In this document: piece by piece, positions 10,246 through 22,085 of the stretch | Numbering within the stretch: the stretch's first letter is position 1 | How the letters are laid out: each line of letters opens with the position of its first letter | From: Vicugna vicugna | Taxonomy: Eukaryota | Direction of reading: 5' to 3' | Length of the DNA: 28,005 bases | Assembly (NCBI GenBank): GCA_013265495.1 | Contig: PNXW01005888.1 | Location: 124,001-152,005 of the forward strand | The notes under the pieces: model-generated | Told to the model about the DNA's origin: nothing | What the model saw: the letters and a program-made list of their open reading frames with translations, nothing else | Database searches by the model: none | Translations under genes and position numbers: made by a program

Positions 10246-11963
10246 ATTGCTCTTCTATTTATTATTATTAGTACCTACTTAGTACTCAGCAGAGTGAATG
10301 GATGCCTGGAGGAGAATGAGCCTGTCCCCTCTTCCGCTCCAGGGAGAAAGTGACCCCCACAGCCCTAGACCCTGGCATTCTTCGGGGGCTACAGGTAATT
10401 AATACGCAAGCCGGCAGGGATGCTCACAGGCAGAGCAGTTTCCCATCTAATGCTAGGGATTCTCCCACCAGCCTTCTTTGCTGAAGTTGCCTCCTCTACC
10501 TGGCTCTAGCCACCCTATGCTGGCAGCCCAGAAAGGTCCTGCCTGCCTCCCCCCAACTCTGGTTGGGTTTCTGGTGTCTCCTCCACCTCCTCCATTGGTC
10601 CCCAATCATCAGAGGCCGCTGTTCTGGCTCCAGTGAAGCCTGGCTCCTCATTGGTACCCTCAACCACAGCTCCCCACGCCGCCCTACCCCAAGGATGAAT
10701 TCCTGTGGACCTCCAGGCTGGCCTTCCCCAAACTTAACCCTGGGATTAAGGGTTGTGATGTCTAAGACGTTATCTTCTTCCCACGATCTTTCTGTCTTAA
10801 AGCCCTTTCCATGTAGCCCTCTGTGGAACTGAGACAGAATCAAACTGTGGCCACTGCCAAATCCAGATGCTAACATCAGTTGACACCAATGCTCCTCTCT
10901 TCTTCCCTCCTCCTTTCCTTTCATTCATTCACTCATTTATGGTAGCTGACTTTCAAGTTGTTCCAGGGACTCCATTAGCTGCCCACCTGTAATCTTGGAT
11001 AAACCATCTTCTTGCTTCCTGCCTCAGTTTGTCCTGATGTAAAGTGGGGAAATTATTTCCTCAGCACAGCTATCCTTTACCCTGGAGAGTTGGGGGGAAA
11101 GGCAGGATTATGAGGGAATCACTCCGGCAGAAGGGGAACTTTGTAAAACTGAGGTAAAGAAAAAATGCCATGCTGGGTGCCATCTTGGGCCAGAGCTGTA
11201 GGGGGAAGAGGGGGAGGTTGGGTCTGGGGGAAAGGCACCGGGGCTCCAGACCTCTCTAAGGAGCCATAGGGAAATGGTGCCCACCACACCTAAAGCTCAT
11301 TTCTGTTTATGTTAGCTTATTATTGCAAATGGCCTGACAACAGAGAGAAGGGGAGGAAGCCAACACATGCTCAGTTTTGAAGGGTCAATTGGGCCACGGA
11401 AGCTGAGGGCCTCCTTTTAATCTTCTGAGAGGATGGATGGGCACCTGTTGTGAACAGGTCTGAACCAATTTGTCCCTTTGGTGCTTGTCAGGTTCCTATA
11501 TTTGTAGCCACTGGAGATGAGTGGCCTTTTGTCCCCTCTCTCATTACCTCCTGTAGGTAGGGTATGAAAAACGGCCAAGGCCAAAATCTGCCAAGTATAC
11601 AACAGTTACAAGCAGGCACCAAAAGCCCACAGCCTGCTTCAGGGGAGCCGGGGAGTTGGCCTGGTCTGGTTCTTACCTGTCATTCATGTGAGGGCCCACA
11701 TCATCTTTCTAGCCAACTCCATATTTTGAAAACCACTTATTGCACCAGTGAAAGATGATTTCTGGCATCTCTCAAGCACATTCAACCCACTAGCATAGAT
11801 TTTGATGGCGTTTGAAGTGTTTATGTAACCACCCTCCAGAGTGCAGATCCCTGATTAGAGTACTTCAGATGCTAACTAACCACTCTAGGGGTGAGAGGAA
11901 AATCAGTTTATATACACACACCACACAGTTTAGGCTGAAATAGTTAAGAACTAAATTCCTCCA

Positions 11964-12050
11964 AGGGAGGAAGGTATAGCTCAGTGGTGGAGTGCATGCA
12001 CGAGGTCCTGGGTTCAATCCCCAGTGCCACCATTAAAAAATATATATATG
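11964..12050 (+). mobile_element. tRNA-Ala-derived SINE (camelid-type), 5' part
   Basis: Pol III A box TAGCTCAGTGG (11977-11987), B box GGTTCAATCC (12011-12020), anticodon loop missing, then an A/TA-rich linker. Confidence 0.85.
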
Positions 12051-12758
12051 TTGGTAGGAATGCAGTTTGGTGCAGCCATTGTGGAAAACAGTATGGAGAT
12101 TCATCAAAGAACTAAAAATAGACTTACCATATGATCCAGCAATCCCACTCCTGGGCATATATCCAGAGGGATCGTTAATTCAAAAAGACACCTGTTCCCC
12201 AATGTTCACAGCAGCACTGTTTACAATAGCCAAGACATGGAAACAACCTAAATGTCCATCAACAGATGACTGGATAAAGAAGTTGCAGTATATTACTACT
12301 CAGCCATAAAAACAAATAAAATAATGCCAATTGCAGCAACATAGACGGCCCTGGAGAATGTCATTCTAAGTGAAGTAAGCCAGAAAGAGAAAGAAAAATA
12401 CCATATGATATCACTCATATGTGGAATCTAAGAAAAAAAAAAGACAATTGAACTTATGTATAAAACAGAAACAGACTCACAGACATAGAAAACAAACTTA
12501 CGGTTACCAGGAGGGAAGGGAGTGGGAAGGGATAAATTGGGAGTTCGAGATTTACAGATACAAACTGGTATATATTAAATAGACAAACAAGTTTATACTG
12601 TATAGCACAGAGAACTATATTTGATATCTTGGAGTAGCTTACGGTGAAAAAGAATATGAAAAAAAATATATGTATATTCATGTACAGCTGAAACGTTGTG
12701 CTGTACCCCAGAAATTGACACAACATTGTGAACTGACTATACTTCAATTAAAAAAAAA
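12049..12758 (+). mobile_element. 5'-truncated lineage-specific L1 (ORF2 C-terminus, 3' UTR, short poly(A))
   Basis: Translation [10 protein letters not shown]...[12 protein letters not shown]...MFTAALFTIAKTWKQPKCPSTDDWIKK is the L1 ORF2 C-terminus; 3' UTR ends ACTATACTTCAATTAAAAAAAAA. Confidence 0.95.
12067..12431 (+). pseudogene. Disabled L1 ORF2p C-terminal remnant
   Basis: Frameshifting deletion after ...WIKKLQY, an in-frame TAG in the continuation, which ends ...LSEVSQKEKEKYHMISLICGI with TAA at 12429-12431. Confidence 0.85.
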
Positions 12759-12764
12759 TATATG

Positions 12765-12822
12765 TAAATAAATAAACCTAATTACCTCCTCCTCTCTCCA
12801 AAATAAATAAGTAAATAAGTAA
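12765..12822 (+). mobile_element. 3' part and tail of the tRNA-Ala-derived SINE split by the L1
   Basis: TAAATAAATAAACCTAATTACCTCC...AAAATAAATAAG matches the 3' body of this SINE type as recalled; follows the right-hand L1 TSD. Confidence 0.7.
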
Positions 12823-12874
12823 ATAACCTCCAGAGCCAATATAACAGCATCCTGCTGTGCGCCTGGTTCCCTGG

Positions 12875-13110
12875 GCAGCACTGTGGGAAAGAATTGGGAC
12901 CTCAGAACTGAACAGACCGCAGTTCAAGTCTCAGCTTTACCATATATGTGCTGATGTAACCTTGGGGTGATTGCTTAAGCCTGCTGAGTTAACACCTCGT
13001 TTGTAAAATGGTGATAATAATTCTTGCATCCTAGGCTTGGTGAGAGGGTTAAATGAGATAGTATGGTATCTGGCACTTAACAAGAGCTGTATAAATGGGA
13101 ACTTTTATTA
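12875..13110 (+). mobile_element. MIR SINE, near full length
   Basis: GTTCAAGTCTCAGCTTTACCA...TGTAACCTTGGG...TTTGTAAAATGGTGATAATAAT...GTGAGAGGGTTAAATGAGATA. Confidence 0.8.
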
Positions 13111-13744
13111 TTCATTCTTTGAACAAGTACTTGTTGGAGGTCTAATGTTTACCATACACTCTCCTGTGTCCCTCCCTCAGCATCTTCTCTGCTGGATCCA
13201 GACGTGGTTCCTGCTCCCAAGGAGTTCTCTTTGTTGCAGGATTGCAATCATTTAGCAAGCTGGCTTGAGAGACGGCAATAACTCTAGAAGAACTGGTGAA
13301 ATGTTTGAGGGTTCATCTTCCCCATGGCCTGGGCCTTCTGGAGACCTCACTTCCCAACCTCACTTGTTTTCCCTGAGCGGGGATCTGGGCTCCAAAGAGA
13401 TCCCTCCTGCTTCATGAAACCCTCCCAAATCAAAGCAGCCCTTCTTCTGCCTTGGGCCTGGTTCTCAGTTGCTGTTGGAAGGAGGGTAAAGGGGAAGGAG
13501 AGCAAGGAGGAGAAGGGGGAGGGGCCTCAGATTCCAGGAGCCCTGGGGCCAGCAGGGGGGTGGGGGCAGCCTTCTGCCTCAGGAGCCAGGGCAGAGCTTG
13601 GTAGCTCTTTTGCTACAGAGAAGTCAGGAGGCTATTTCTGCTGCTGAATCTCATGGGTGGGGGTCACAGAGGCTCAGTCATCATCCAGGTGGGACTGGAA
13701 GGGCAGTGAGGTGGGGGATGTTCTAACTTTGAGCATGGATCTTT

Positions 13745-13830
13745 CTTTCATTTATTCACTCAGCTACTCACCAACAAATATTTATGGAGCACTTCCTATT
13801 TTCCAGGCACTGTGTGAGGAAACAAAATGT
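13745..13830 (-). mobile_element. L2 3' end fragment
   Basis: TTCATTTATTCACTC...CAACAAATATTTATGGAGCACTTCCTATTTTCCAGGCACTGTG. Confidence 0.7.
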
Positions 13831-13849
13831 GGTAAGTGTGATGGATGAA

Positions 13850-14118
13850 CTTGGGGCACAGGCTTCAGAACCAGACATACCTACCGTTGAACCCAGCCTC
13901 TTCCCAGTGGGGGACATGGGGAAGAACTGATGCAGTTACCACCTGTTCCCCCACAAATCATGTGTCCAGAGCAGCTGTGGGCTCCAGAACCAGAGAAAGC
14001 CGGGGAGGGGAGGGGCTCTGCATTTGGAAAACAGAGATCAGAATGCTTATTTTGAGGGTGCTTGCAAAGGTGGAGATAAAGGTATATGATGGGCACCTAG
14101 TAAGTGTTCCTAGTTAAG
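13850..14118 (+). mobile_element. Degraded MIR with an internal foreign segment
   Basis: GCACAGGCTTCAGAACCAGAC...GTTGAACCCAGC at the 5' side and CATTTGGAAAACAGAGAT...GAGATAA...GGCACCTAGTAAGTGTTC at the 3' side. Confidence 0.5.
13903..14013 (+). repeat. Copy 1 of a diverged ~110-bp direct repeat
   Basis: Collinear with 14425-14536; shared blocks AGAACTGATG and TGTCCAG[A/T]GCAGCTGTGGGCTCC. Confidence 0.75.
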
Positions 14119-14240
14119 GGAACTTGAAGGTATAAAGGGATAAAGGAAGACATGCAAAGACTAGGGACCTGGAAACTAACTACTAAGAGAAATAGATAAA
14201 AGGAGGGCCTGGTGGAGAAGGATTCCAATGAGAAGGTAGG

Positions 14241-14350
14241 CAGTGATTCCCCATCTAGCCTCACGTCATAAAATCCTGGGGGTGCTTATTAAAAATATGC
14301 ATTCAGGCCCTGGGCATTGGGAGTGGCAGGCTCAGGGGTCTGTATTTTCC
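14241..14350 (+). mobile_element. MER5A-like hAT MITE fragment
   Basis: CAGTGATTCCCCA...AATCCTGGGGGTGCTTATTAAAAATATGCATTCAGGCC...TCTGTATTTT. Confidence 0.55.
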
Positions 14351-14424
14351 TGCTTCTTAGGACCCATTGGGTGCCTGGTATTGACTGGTTTGTGATGCAT
14401 CACATGCCAACACTCCACTACAGC

Positions 14425-14536
14425 CCCAGAGGGGAACACGGGGTAGAACTGATGTAATGACAACATATGTCAATGCAAAATGATCTGTCCAGTGCAGCTG
14501 TGGGCTCCCTAAGCAAGAGAGGGCCGGCGGGAGAGG
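14425..14536 (+). repeat. Copy 2 of a diverged ~110-bp direct repeat (possibly within a decayed reverse L2)
   Basis: Collinear with 13903-14013 at an offset of 522-523 bp. Confidence 0.75.
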
Positions 14537-16539
14537 AGATGGCAGGGATGGAGGAAGGGAAGCTGAGCTGGGAGCTGACGGAGCTCAGGGAATGAGAACC
14601 TGGTAAACCCAGCCATCTCACTGGGATTCTAGATCATTTGAGAACTTGCAACAGCATGGTTTGAAACCAGCTGTCTTATGTCTCCATCAGCTTCCATAAC
14701 AGGTGAAAAAAATGGCTGCTCATATCAAGGGGCAGGAGGAGCTAGACAGGGGACCAGCTCCAAGCAGCTGGCAGTTGCTAGAGCAGTCTGAGAGCCCCTT
14801 GGCTTCCCCTCTGAGCAGATGCTTCTTCTGCCCGGAAGGGGCCTAGGGACTGGGTGGGTGGGGACCCACACAAAGGGCTGGGAGTATCCTCTGCTTCAAG
14901 GTTACCGCATTCCCTTGCAGGCCGCCTTCCAGGGTGTGGCCGCTGTAAGAGTGGGCCCACAAGCGCCCCAGAATTCACAGAGAAGGGAAGGCGTGAAATA
15001 CCTGAAGGAATGAGAAGACAGCCATTGCAGCTCTTTCTCCAACCCCCGGTGGTTTAGAATGAAACCAGTAGGTCTCCTTTGATCAGTCAGAACTTTGCCT
15101 CCTTATGCTTCTGGTCGTCATGCTCAGGTTCAGGGTTTTTACGAGTGTCAGGACCCATATCCTACTGGGAGCTCCTGTTGCCAGCTCCCTTCTGTGAAGG
15201 AGGATTAGTTCAGATGACAAAGCCTGCCTTCCCTCTCAAAGTCCTGTGCACGACCCAGGACCTGCTAGGGCGTCGCAGGCTTTCTCTCAGCGCCATCTGG
15301 TGGTGGACATGGCATGTTTTCCTAAAGGGCCCGGTGCCCCTCATTCCTATGCCCAGCTGCACCTCGGACCGGATCCGTTTTCCTCTGATCTGACCACTGC
15401 AGGCTTTGGTCATTTTGAAAAGTGGTAATTAATGAGGCTTTAAGCTTTGCCTAAAGTGGAGACTTTAAACTCTGTGTCTTTTGTCCCTGTTCAACTCTAC
15501 ATAGTTTCAGGGAAGGGAATTGGAGAATTTAGTGGAGAGTTAAAAGACTAAGATGAAGTAAGGAAAGATGGAAAGAACATTCTCCCCCACCCAGCTGTGA
15601 ATACTTGGCTCCAGCAGTGCACAGACCATCACCTTGGCACTTATCCCAGGCACCTCTCACCCAGCCGTACCATCAGAGCAGGGCACAGGAAGAATCTCTT
15701 CTGCACAAAGTCCAGGTCGAGGATTAAGAATCATCAGAGAAAGTGATGGGACATGGATCTGGAACCAGACTGCTCCACTCAGAGCACTGAGGGAACCCAT
15801 GTTCTGGGAGCTCTCCTCATGCAGAAGCGAGCTTTGGAGTTTTCCGAGAGGTTGTATGGACAGTGCACCTTTCCTGAAAGGAGTATCCACATTTCCAGGT
15901 TCTGAGTTTCCTGGTCCAGGTCAGGAATAGGGAGCACTAGCCCCTTCCCTCTTACAGAGTGGGGTCCACCCAAAGGAATCAGGTAGAACCAACAGACAGG
16001 TCTTGTATGTGAAGGGAGGTCAGCGATGGAGCAGAACGCACCTATTTCTAGGATGGAAAACAAACAGGCATTGCTGTGGGGGTGATACGTGACTGCTGCT
16101 CCTTCCAGACACGTGTTGTCCCACTGGCCACTGGGAAACATTCAGATGGCTTCTGGAATGGCCTGACCCTGAAAGCAGGAATTTCCCTGCAGGGCCCAGG
16201 GTGTTGTGCTTCTGTGGACCCAGGATCCCTGGAACAAAGACACTCATGGTTCTTTTGGGAAGCAAAATTTTCATTCTGACTATTCAGAATGAGAAATTTC
16301 CCTGAGTATACTTGCCACTCAAGCCAGTAGAAGAGTAATATACATTATGTACACTATGTAGTAATGTATCTAAGATTGGAAACCATTTATAGAGGTGAGG
16401 ATCACTAAAAATTTCCTAGGACCTTTTCCTCCACTCCAAATTCCTGTTCTCACTGACAGAGTTTTATGATTCTTGTGCCTTTCCTTGAGCTACATCATTC
16501 AATATTTTTCTCATTATGGTTGAAGTGACTGTATGGCCC

Positions 16540-16965
16540 CCAATATTTCCAGCAGCAGTAATAACAAATTTTAAAAAGATACAACCTAAATGCCCATCAA
16601 TTGGGACCTAGTATATAAATTATTATGATTCATCTAGAAAATAAAGTACTATGCAGCCATTAAATTTATGGTGAAGAATTATTTTTATTGACATGGAAAG
16701 ATATTCATTACTTAATGTCAAATGAAACAATTTCTAGAAGAGTATGTATAACAGGGTTTACTTTATGTACAACTACATAACTCTCTCTGTATATCTATGT
16801 ATATAAATAGAGGTAGTTTTTTTCCCTATACATAAATGGTGATATCTTTGGCTGTAGAAATTTGGTGTAATGTTTTAGCTTCTGCTTTGTTCTTTTCTAT
16901 ATTATGTGAATGTTTTAAAAGGAGTATGAATCATTTTTCTAATAAAGCTATTAAAATGTTTTTAA
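16540..16965 (+). mobile_element. Old L1ME-type ORF2-end/3' UTR fragment
   Basis: ACAACCTAAATGCCCATCAATTGGG...TACTATGCAGCCATTAAA...TTGACATGGAAAGATATTCA...AATAAA. Confidence 0.75.
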
Positions 16966-19900
16966 AATATTGATCTCATCAGTAAAGTAGAAAGCTGAGA
17001 TGTGGGGAAGTCAACAACTAACTCAATAAAGCCACAATCTGCCAAAGAGGCAGAATTTGCCCTCATGACCTCCCATCCTTCAAGTTTAATGCCATCTCAC
17101 TGCCTCCAATTGGTGAAGATCGTGGGCAGGGATATAGCAAGTGGGGAGCTGGGGACCAATGCTGAGATCAGAGGGGACTCACATGCTTTGGATAATTCCT
17201 GGATCCTGTTACCTCTTCAGAGCAACCGAGCTCAGACCACAACGGCATTACTGGATTCCTATTATATACTGTGTCCTTGTGGTCTGGTAGCTGTCCAGGT
17301 CTTGAAGGAACAGACACAAGTCTGGGGACAGAGTTAAGTTGGGTCTAGTTCTAATCCAAGCCCATTTTACATCCTGCAAGGGAAATGACATATTCCGCCA
17401 TGGTCTCCAGTTGAGGAAAGAAGGAATGTGATGCTAGTTCGGTGTAGTCCGGAGGCTTGAGTTTGTGAAGTTCTGGGCGGGGGGAGCAGCTTGGTGGGTG
17501 ATTTCAAGGAGAAAGTTTGGAGCCCCTCCTCCTCCTCCCCCTTCCTTCCCACTACCCCTTCTCACTCCTCCACACCCACCCACATTCATCCACACGTCTT
17601 GACTGTAGCACCAGAGACCCTCGTGGCCCTTCCTTTGACATTCGAGAGTTTGGGGCCAACAGCCAGCTTCATTCAGCCTAGTGAACAGTAGCAGTTGGGA
17701 CACGGGGTGGGACCCAAGGGACCCAGTGTCTTCTTACAACATGAATTTGGATTTAAATAGTAAAAGCTCCAGGATATGATGTAGTGTTAATCTCCCATCA
17801 TGCAAATGCCCATAACGGCACTTACCAGGTCAAGACAAGGCCCCCGAGCAACCAGGCCCCTTCTCAGCCTGTGCACTCTGAACAGACCTGTAGTCCCAAG
17901 ACAATGCACTCATCCTCTCTGTGGTCTTCCTTTGTGTCATCGGGAACCCCACTCTTCTTCCTTCCCTGTTCCTAGACCCCTCTGCTACCTTCCCTGGGGA
18001 GGTCACCCCTCTATACCTGGCATTACTGCTCACAGATATGAAAGAATCCACCAAAGATGGATTCCTAAGTCTGCATCTTGTTGAAGGGCATAAGAGAAAG
18101 CAAACCTTGACCTAAGCCGTGGGCAAGAAAGAGGGGCAAAGAGCCTTTTGACAGGAAGGAGTGTGTCAATTTGCAAATACTAGTCAATTTTGAGCCAGTG
18201 CCTGAGAGTTTACTTTAAAAATCAAGTGTGGTCGAGATAAAGCCTAGCATGGCAACTGCTCCATCTGAGAACACAAATTATCACAGACCTTCCACGGCAC
18301 AGGAGGTACAAAACTGCAGTCATGAGGAGCAGGGGTAATCCTTTGTCAGAGACTGTTGGGTATTGTTCCCATACCCACATGTGTAGGTCACAGTCTTGTT
18401 ACCTCCATGACCCTAATCCTTAGCACAGTGGATGGTACATTAATGATTGTTGAATTGAATAATAACTTCCTTGAAGTCAGGAGTCCAGTCCTCACAACAG
18501 CACAGTAGTAGGGGAGAGAAGACATTTAAATACATAACATTAATTAGCTAGCACCTGAGACTCCTAGGACACCTCAACTAAACTAAATCCCCAGACAAGA
18601 TGGAGTCCCTGAGATCACTGACCTCTCAGACATACGCAGCTTTTCCTGAAGGGGGCAGAGTTCTCCTAAAAGAGCCAGGACAAAGGGTAAAGAACTGAAA
18701 CAGATTTTAGCCGATCCTTGGTGATACAATCTGGACACTCACCCTACCCAACCCAAGCCCACTCCCACCCCTAAGCTGGGCTGCCTCTCCGCCAGCTCCT
18801 ACGGGAGAAACCTTTTGACTCAGATCTACAAAAAGATAGATTTTTCCCACTCTAACCCATCCCAGGACCTAGTGGGGCCAGGAATTGGGTCTTGGATGAG
18901 ATGTTATGATCAAAATTCTTGACCAATTAATGTCGCCAAGTCCCAAGATATCCTTCTGCAATCACCGTGTCTGGCTGAAATTTCTCTTTGAACTGATATA
19001 TGAACTTGGGACAGGCACACAGTGTCCCCCCAGCCAATGGCTTACTTAGATAGCAGCATAAAAGCTTTTCGTTGCAAAGCCTTCTCATACCCAGGCTCGC
19101 CTTAACAATACTCCTTTGTCCCTCCTCAGACGACTAAGCTCCTTGTATCCTGGCAAAGGGAGGCACAGAGGGGAGGTGACCAGCTTGGAGTTTGGTTTCT
19201 AATCTCCAGGGCAGAAATTCTTTCAAATTTGCCCAGCACCTGGGCTGACTGCTGAGTCGGAAATGAGCAGCTGGGGATGGGGATGGTTCGCCTCATGATT
19301 CCCGAGTTTTATAATCAACTCTATCCCCTCCACAACCCCAAATTTACAGCCTTCACGGTTAAACTCACATGTACAACTATGAACCTGTGTAGTTTCAATG
19401 TCTGTTCAAATTTTCACTTTGACTTCTTTTAGCCTTGACCTCCCCACTGCCCCTTAATTTACTGCTAGTCTCATGAACCTGCATGCATCTCATTTTCCAG
19501 GCTGTCTTCGTGCACAAACATTAATGTCTTAATGCTTTATGGATGAATTCACATTATCACAGAATGGTGAGTTCCTCATTTTCAGGCTCAAGGTGTTCAT
19601 GAATACTGCATAGTTCTTACCCACTGCGTTTTCTTTCTGATGACTAAAAAAAGGAGAGAGGACACGACTCTTAAATATCCCCAAAGTAGGAACATATATT
19701 ATTTTGAGAGCTCTGTGAAGGTACGTATGGATAGCAAATCTTCTGATAAACCTGCAGTCAACTTGACCATTTCCCTGGGGCCTGATGCCTCTTCTCTCTC
19801 TGCTGGTACCCCTTTCTACCCCTCCGAGGTACTTCATAAACAGTTGAGGGCATCCTCAGTAACCTTTTGCACCTGCTTCCCTTATCACAGATCATCCATT

Positions 19901-20199
19901 CCTGAGCACAGCTCATAGCAGTGCGAAGTCCCTAAAAAGTTTGCCTGTCTCCAGTTCTATGCCCACCCCAACACTAGCAGTGATTTTTATACAGCAATCT
20001 ATGTTTTCCTGTCCCGGTACTTTTCAGAGCTTCCTGCTACTTTCTGGAAGCTTCTGTGATTCTCCTTTCACCTCCTCTTATAGCCAAGAACCTTAGGGGG
20101 CTCTGAGTCAGGTGTTCATTCTCTGTGCTGCTCGCCTCCCTGGTGCCATGGACACTCACTTTTCAGGGGCCGCCTAGGAGCCTTTCTCTTCCTTTGGGT

Positions 20200-20573
20200 A
20201 ACAGCATTTTGATTTCTCTGTCACTGCTTTCTTCTCAGTTGTGGAGTTTACATCAGGGTATCCTGCTGGCTCTTCCCTGGCCAAGAGGTGGATGCATAAT
20301 CAATTTAGGCAAATTTGACTCTCACACTTAAGCAGAAGTGATAAGATTGAAGTCCCATTGTTCTGGCAGCAGAACCCTAAGGACACTCTCAGTTACTTCC
20401 CATTTCCTGGTCTCCCAAAGCCATCCTGGTCCCAGCCTTTTCAAGTCTGTTTTGCCAGCATCCCCTCCAAATCCGTGAGCCACCTGATCATACCCTGTCA
20501 ATACTGTCCTTTTACACTTAAGATAGTAAAGTTGGTTTCTGTTGCTTGCAGCCAAAGAATCCTAAATGATGCA
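20200..20573 (+). mobile_element. MLT1-type (ERVL-MaLR) solo LTR
   Basis: 3' end CTTAAGATAGTAAAGTTGGTTTCTGTTGCTTGCAGCCAAAGAATCCTAAATGATGCA is typical of MLT1; 5' boundary uncertain. Confidence 0.65.
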
Positions 20574-21439
20574 GGTTCATAGTCCTTAAACTCTTTATGC
20601 CTCTTTTCTTCCTATTTCCAGAAAAGGATGGTACAAAGAGACTCCCCATTTTCAAACTCCAGCAGATAACCTTGATCTCCTTTCTTACAGCCAATACCAC
20701 GTTCGTATTTTCTGGAAGACAAGAACTTTTCTGCCCTCCTACTAAGCACACCATCCATAAAGTGGTAGATCTTGTCCACCATAAGTAGCTTTCATGCTGA
20801 CTTTCAAAGGGAACAGAGGGATTTCTGTATACTTGTCAGGGAGGACTGGTTCCATGAGGGTTCCCCCAGTTCTTTCTCACCCATCTTATTTTCCTCTAAA
20901 GCTGGTCCAAATAATTCCAAACTCAAGATTGCCTTTGACTTCAATGCTTCCTCTGCCCCTCACCTCACTTCTCTCTTTCTTATCCCAGCATCTGTGACAG
21001 ACTGTACATAATTCTTTGTTGGCTTCCAATTTCCATGCTCCAGCTCCCTCTCAGGTCCTTCCTGCTCTGGCTGCTGGCCCAGTCCCTCCACCGAAATCAC
21101 CCTCTTGAGCAACATCTCTCCTGACTTGTGGTCAGAGGGCAGCCCCCAGGGAACCGATCCTCTCTACCGATTATAAGGAAGTCTTTCTGGTTCCCCTTGA
21201 AAGTCATTGAGAAAATTACTTATGGTGGACAAGAGCTACTGCTTTATGGATGGTTTACTTTGTTGAAGGGCAGAAAAGTTCCTGTCTCTCAGAAAATATG
21301 GTTAAGAACCTAACACATTTCAGGCACTTTAGAGACTACAAAGACACTTAGAAGACTCTCTTTTCCCCCTACCTGGTGATAGAAGAGAGATGTGAAGAGA
21401 ACGAATATTAAATCCCTATGGTGACAGGGACCTCAAACT

Positions 21440-21615
21440 CTGTATATGTTCCTGGCACTATACTAAGTACCTCTATGCATCATCTTATTTATGCTTACAA
21501 CAGCCAGGGGGTTGACTATTACTGCCATTTGCACCTTGCAGATGAGGAAATAGGCTCAGGGAATTTAAATACACTGCCTTCTGGCTAGGATGTGGAGTCT
21601 GAACTCAGATCACGG
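21440..21615 (-). mobile_element. MIR SINE
   Basis: TATGTTCCTGGCACTATACTAAG...ATCTTATTTATGCTTACAACAGCC...TTGCAGATGAGGAAATAGGCTCAG. Confidence 0.75.
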
Positions 21616-21929
21616 TTGCTTTGATAAGACAAGAAGTCAAAGGCAGGGCTGGCATCTTTGGTGTGTGTTAGTGCAGTGGGGTTTGGTTTGTCCCAGAGCT
21701 CTTCACCTTGACTCTGTACTTGAATCACTAGAACCACGATCACTGTGCTATCACTGTGCCTACCTTCACCCAGGGCCACTCATCCCCACAACACTGTATG
21801 CATGTCTCAGTATTCTTTGGGTAAAAAGCCAGGGACCCACTCGTTGCTACAGATACCATTTTTAGGTCTGCTTCTGCAGCAGACAGCGTTGCCCTGTACA
21901 CACCTGGTCTTATTTGAAATCTAGGTGCA

Positions 21930-22085
21930 GATGGAAAGGACCTTGGATGGGGTGCCAAAAGACCTGAGTTTGAACTGCATTCTGCCTTCACTAGCAATAT
22001 AACCTTGACCAAACCACACATCTCTCTGAGCTTTGACTTTCTCATTTATAAAATAAGGATTAAAAATAGCTCCCTTACCCAAAGA
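21930..22085 (+). mobile_element. MIR SINE
   Basis: AGACCTGAGTTTGAA...TCTGCCTTCACTAGC...TCTCTGAGC...TTTCTCATTTATAAAATAAGGAT. Confidence 0.75.

Noticed and set aside
11964..12033. Functional tRNA-Ala gene
   Set aside because: Anticodon loop deleted, no T-run terminator, followed by SINE body and A-rich tail
12454..12747. 97-aa hydrophobic minus-strand ORF (also 9045-9233)
   Set aside because: Antisense reading of L1 3' UTR, a common source of spurious membrane-like ORFs
13923..14510. Duplicated segments as C/D-box snoRNAs
   Set aside because: CTGATG is not a full C box (RTGATGA); no terminal D box or closing stem seen
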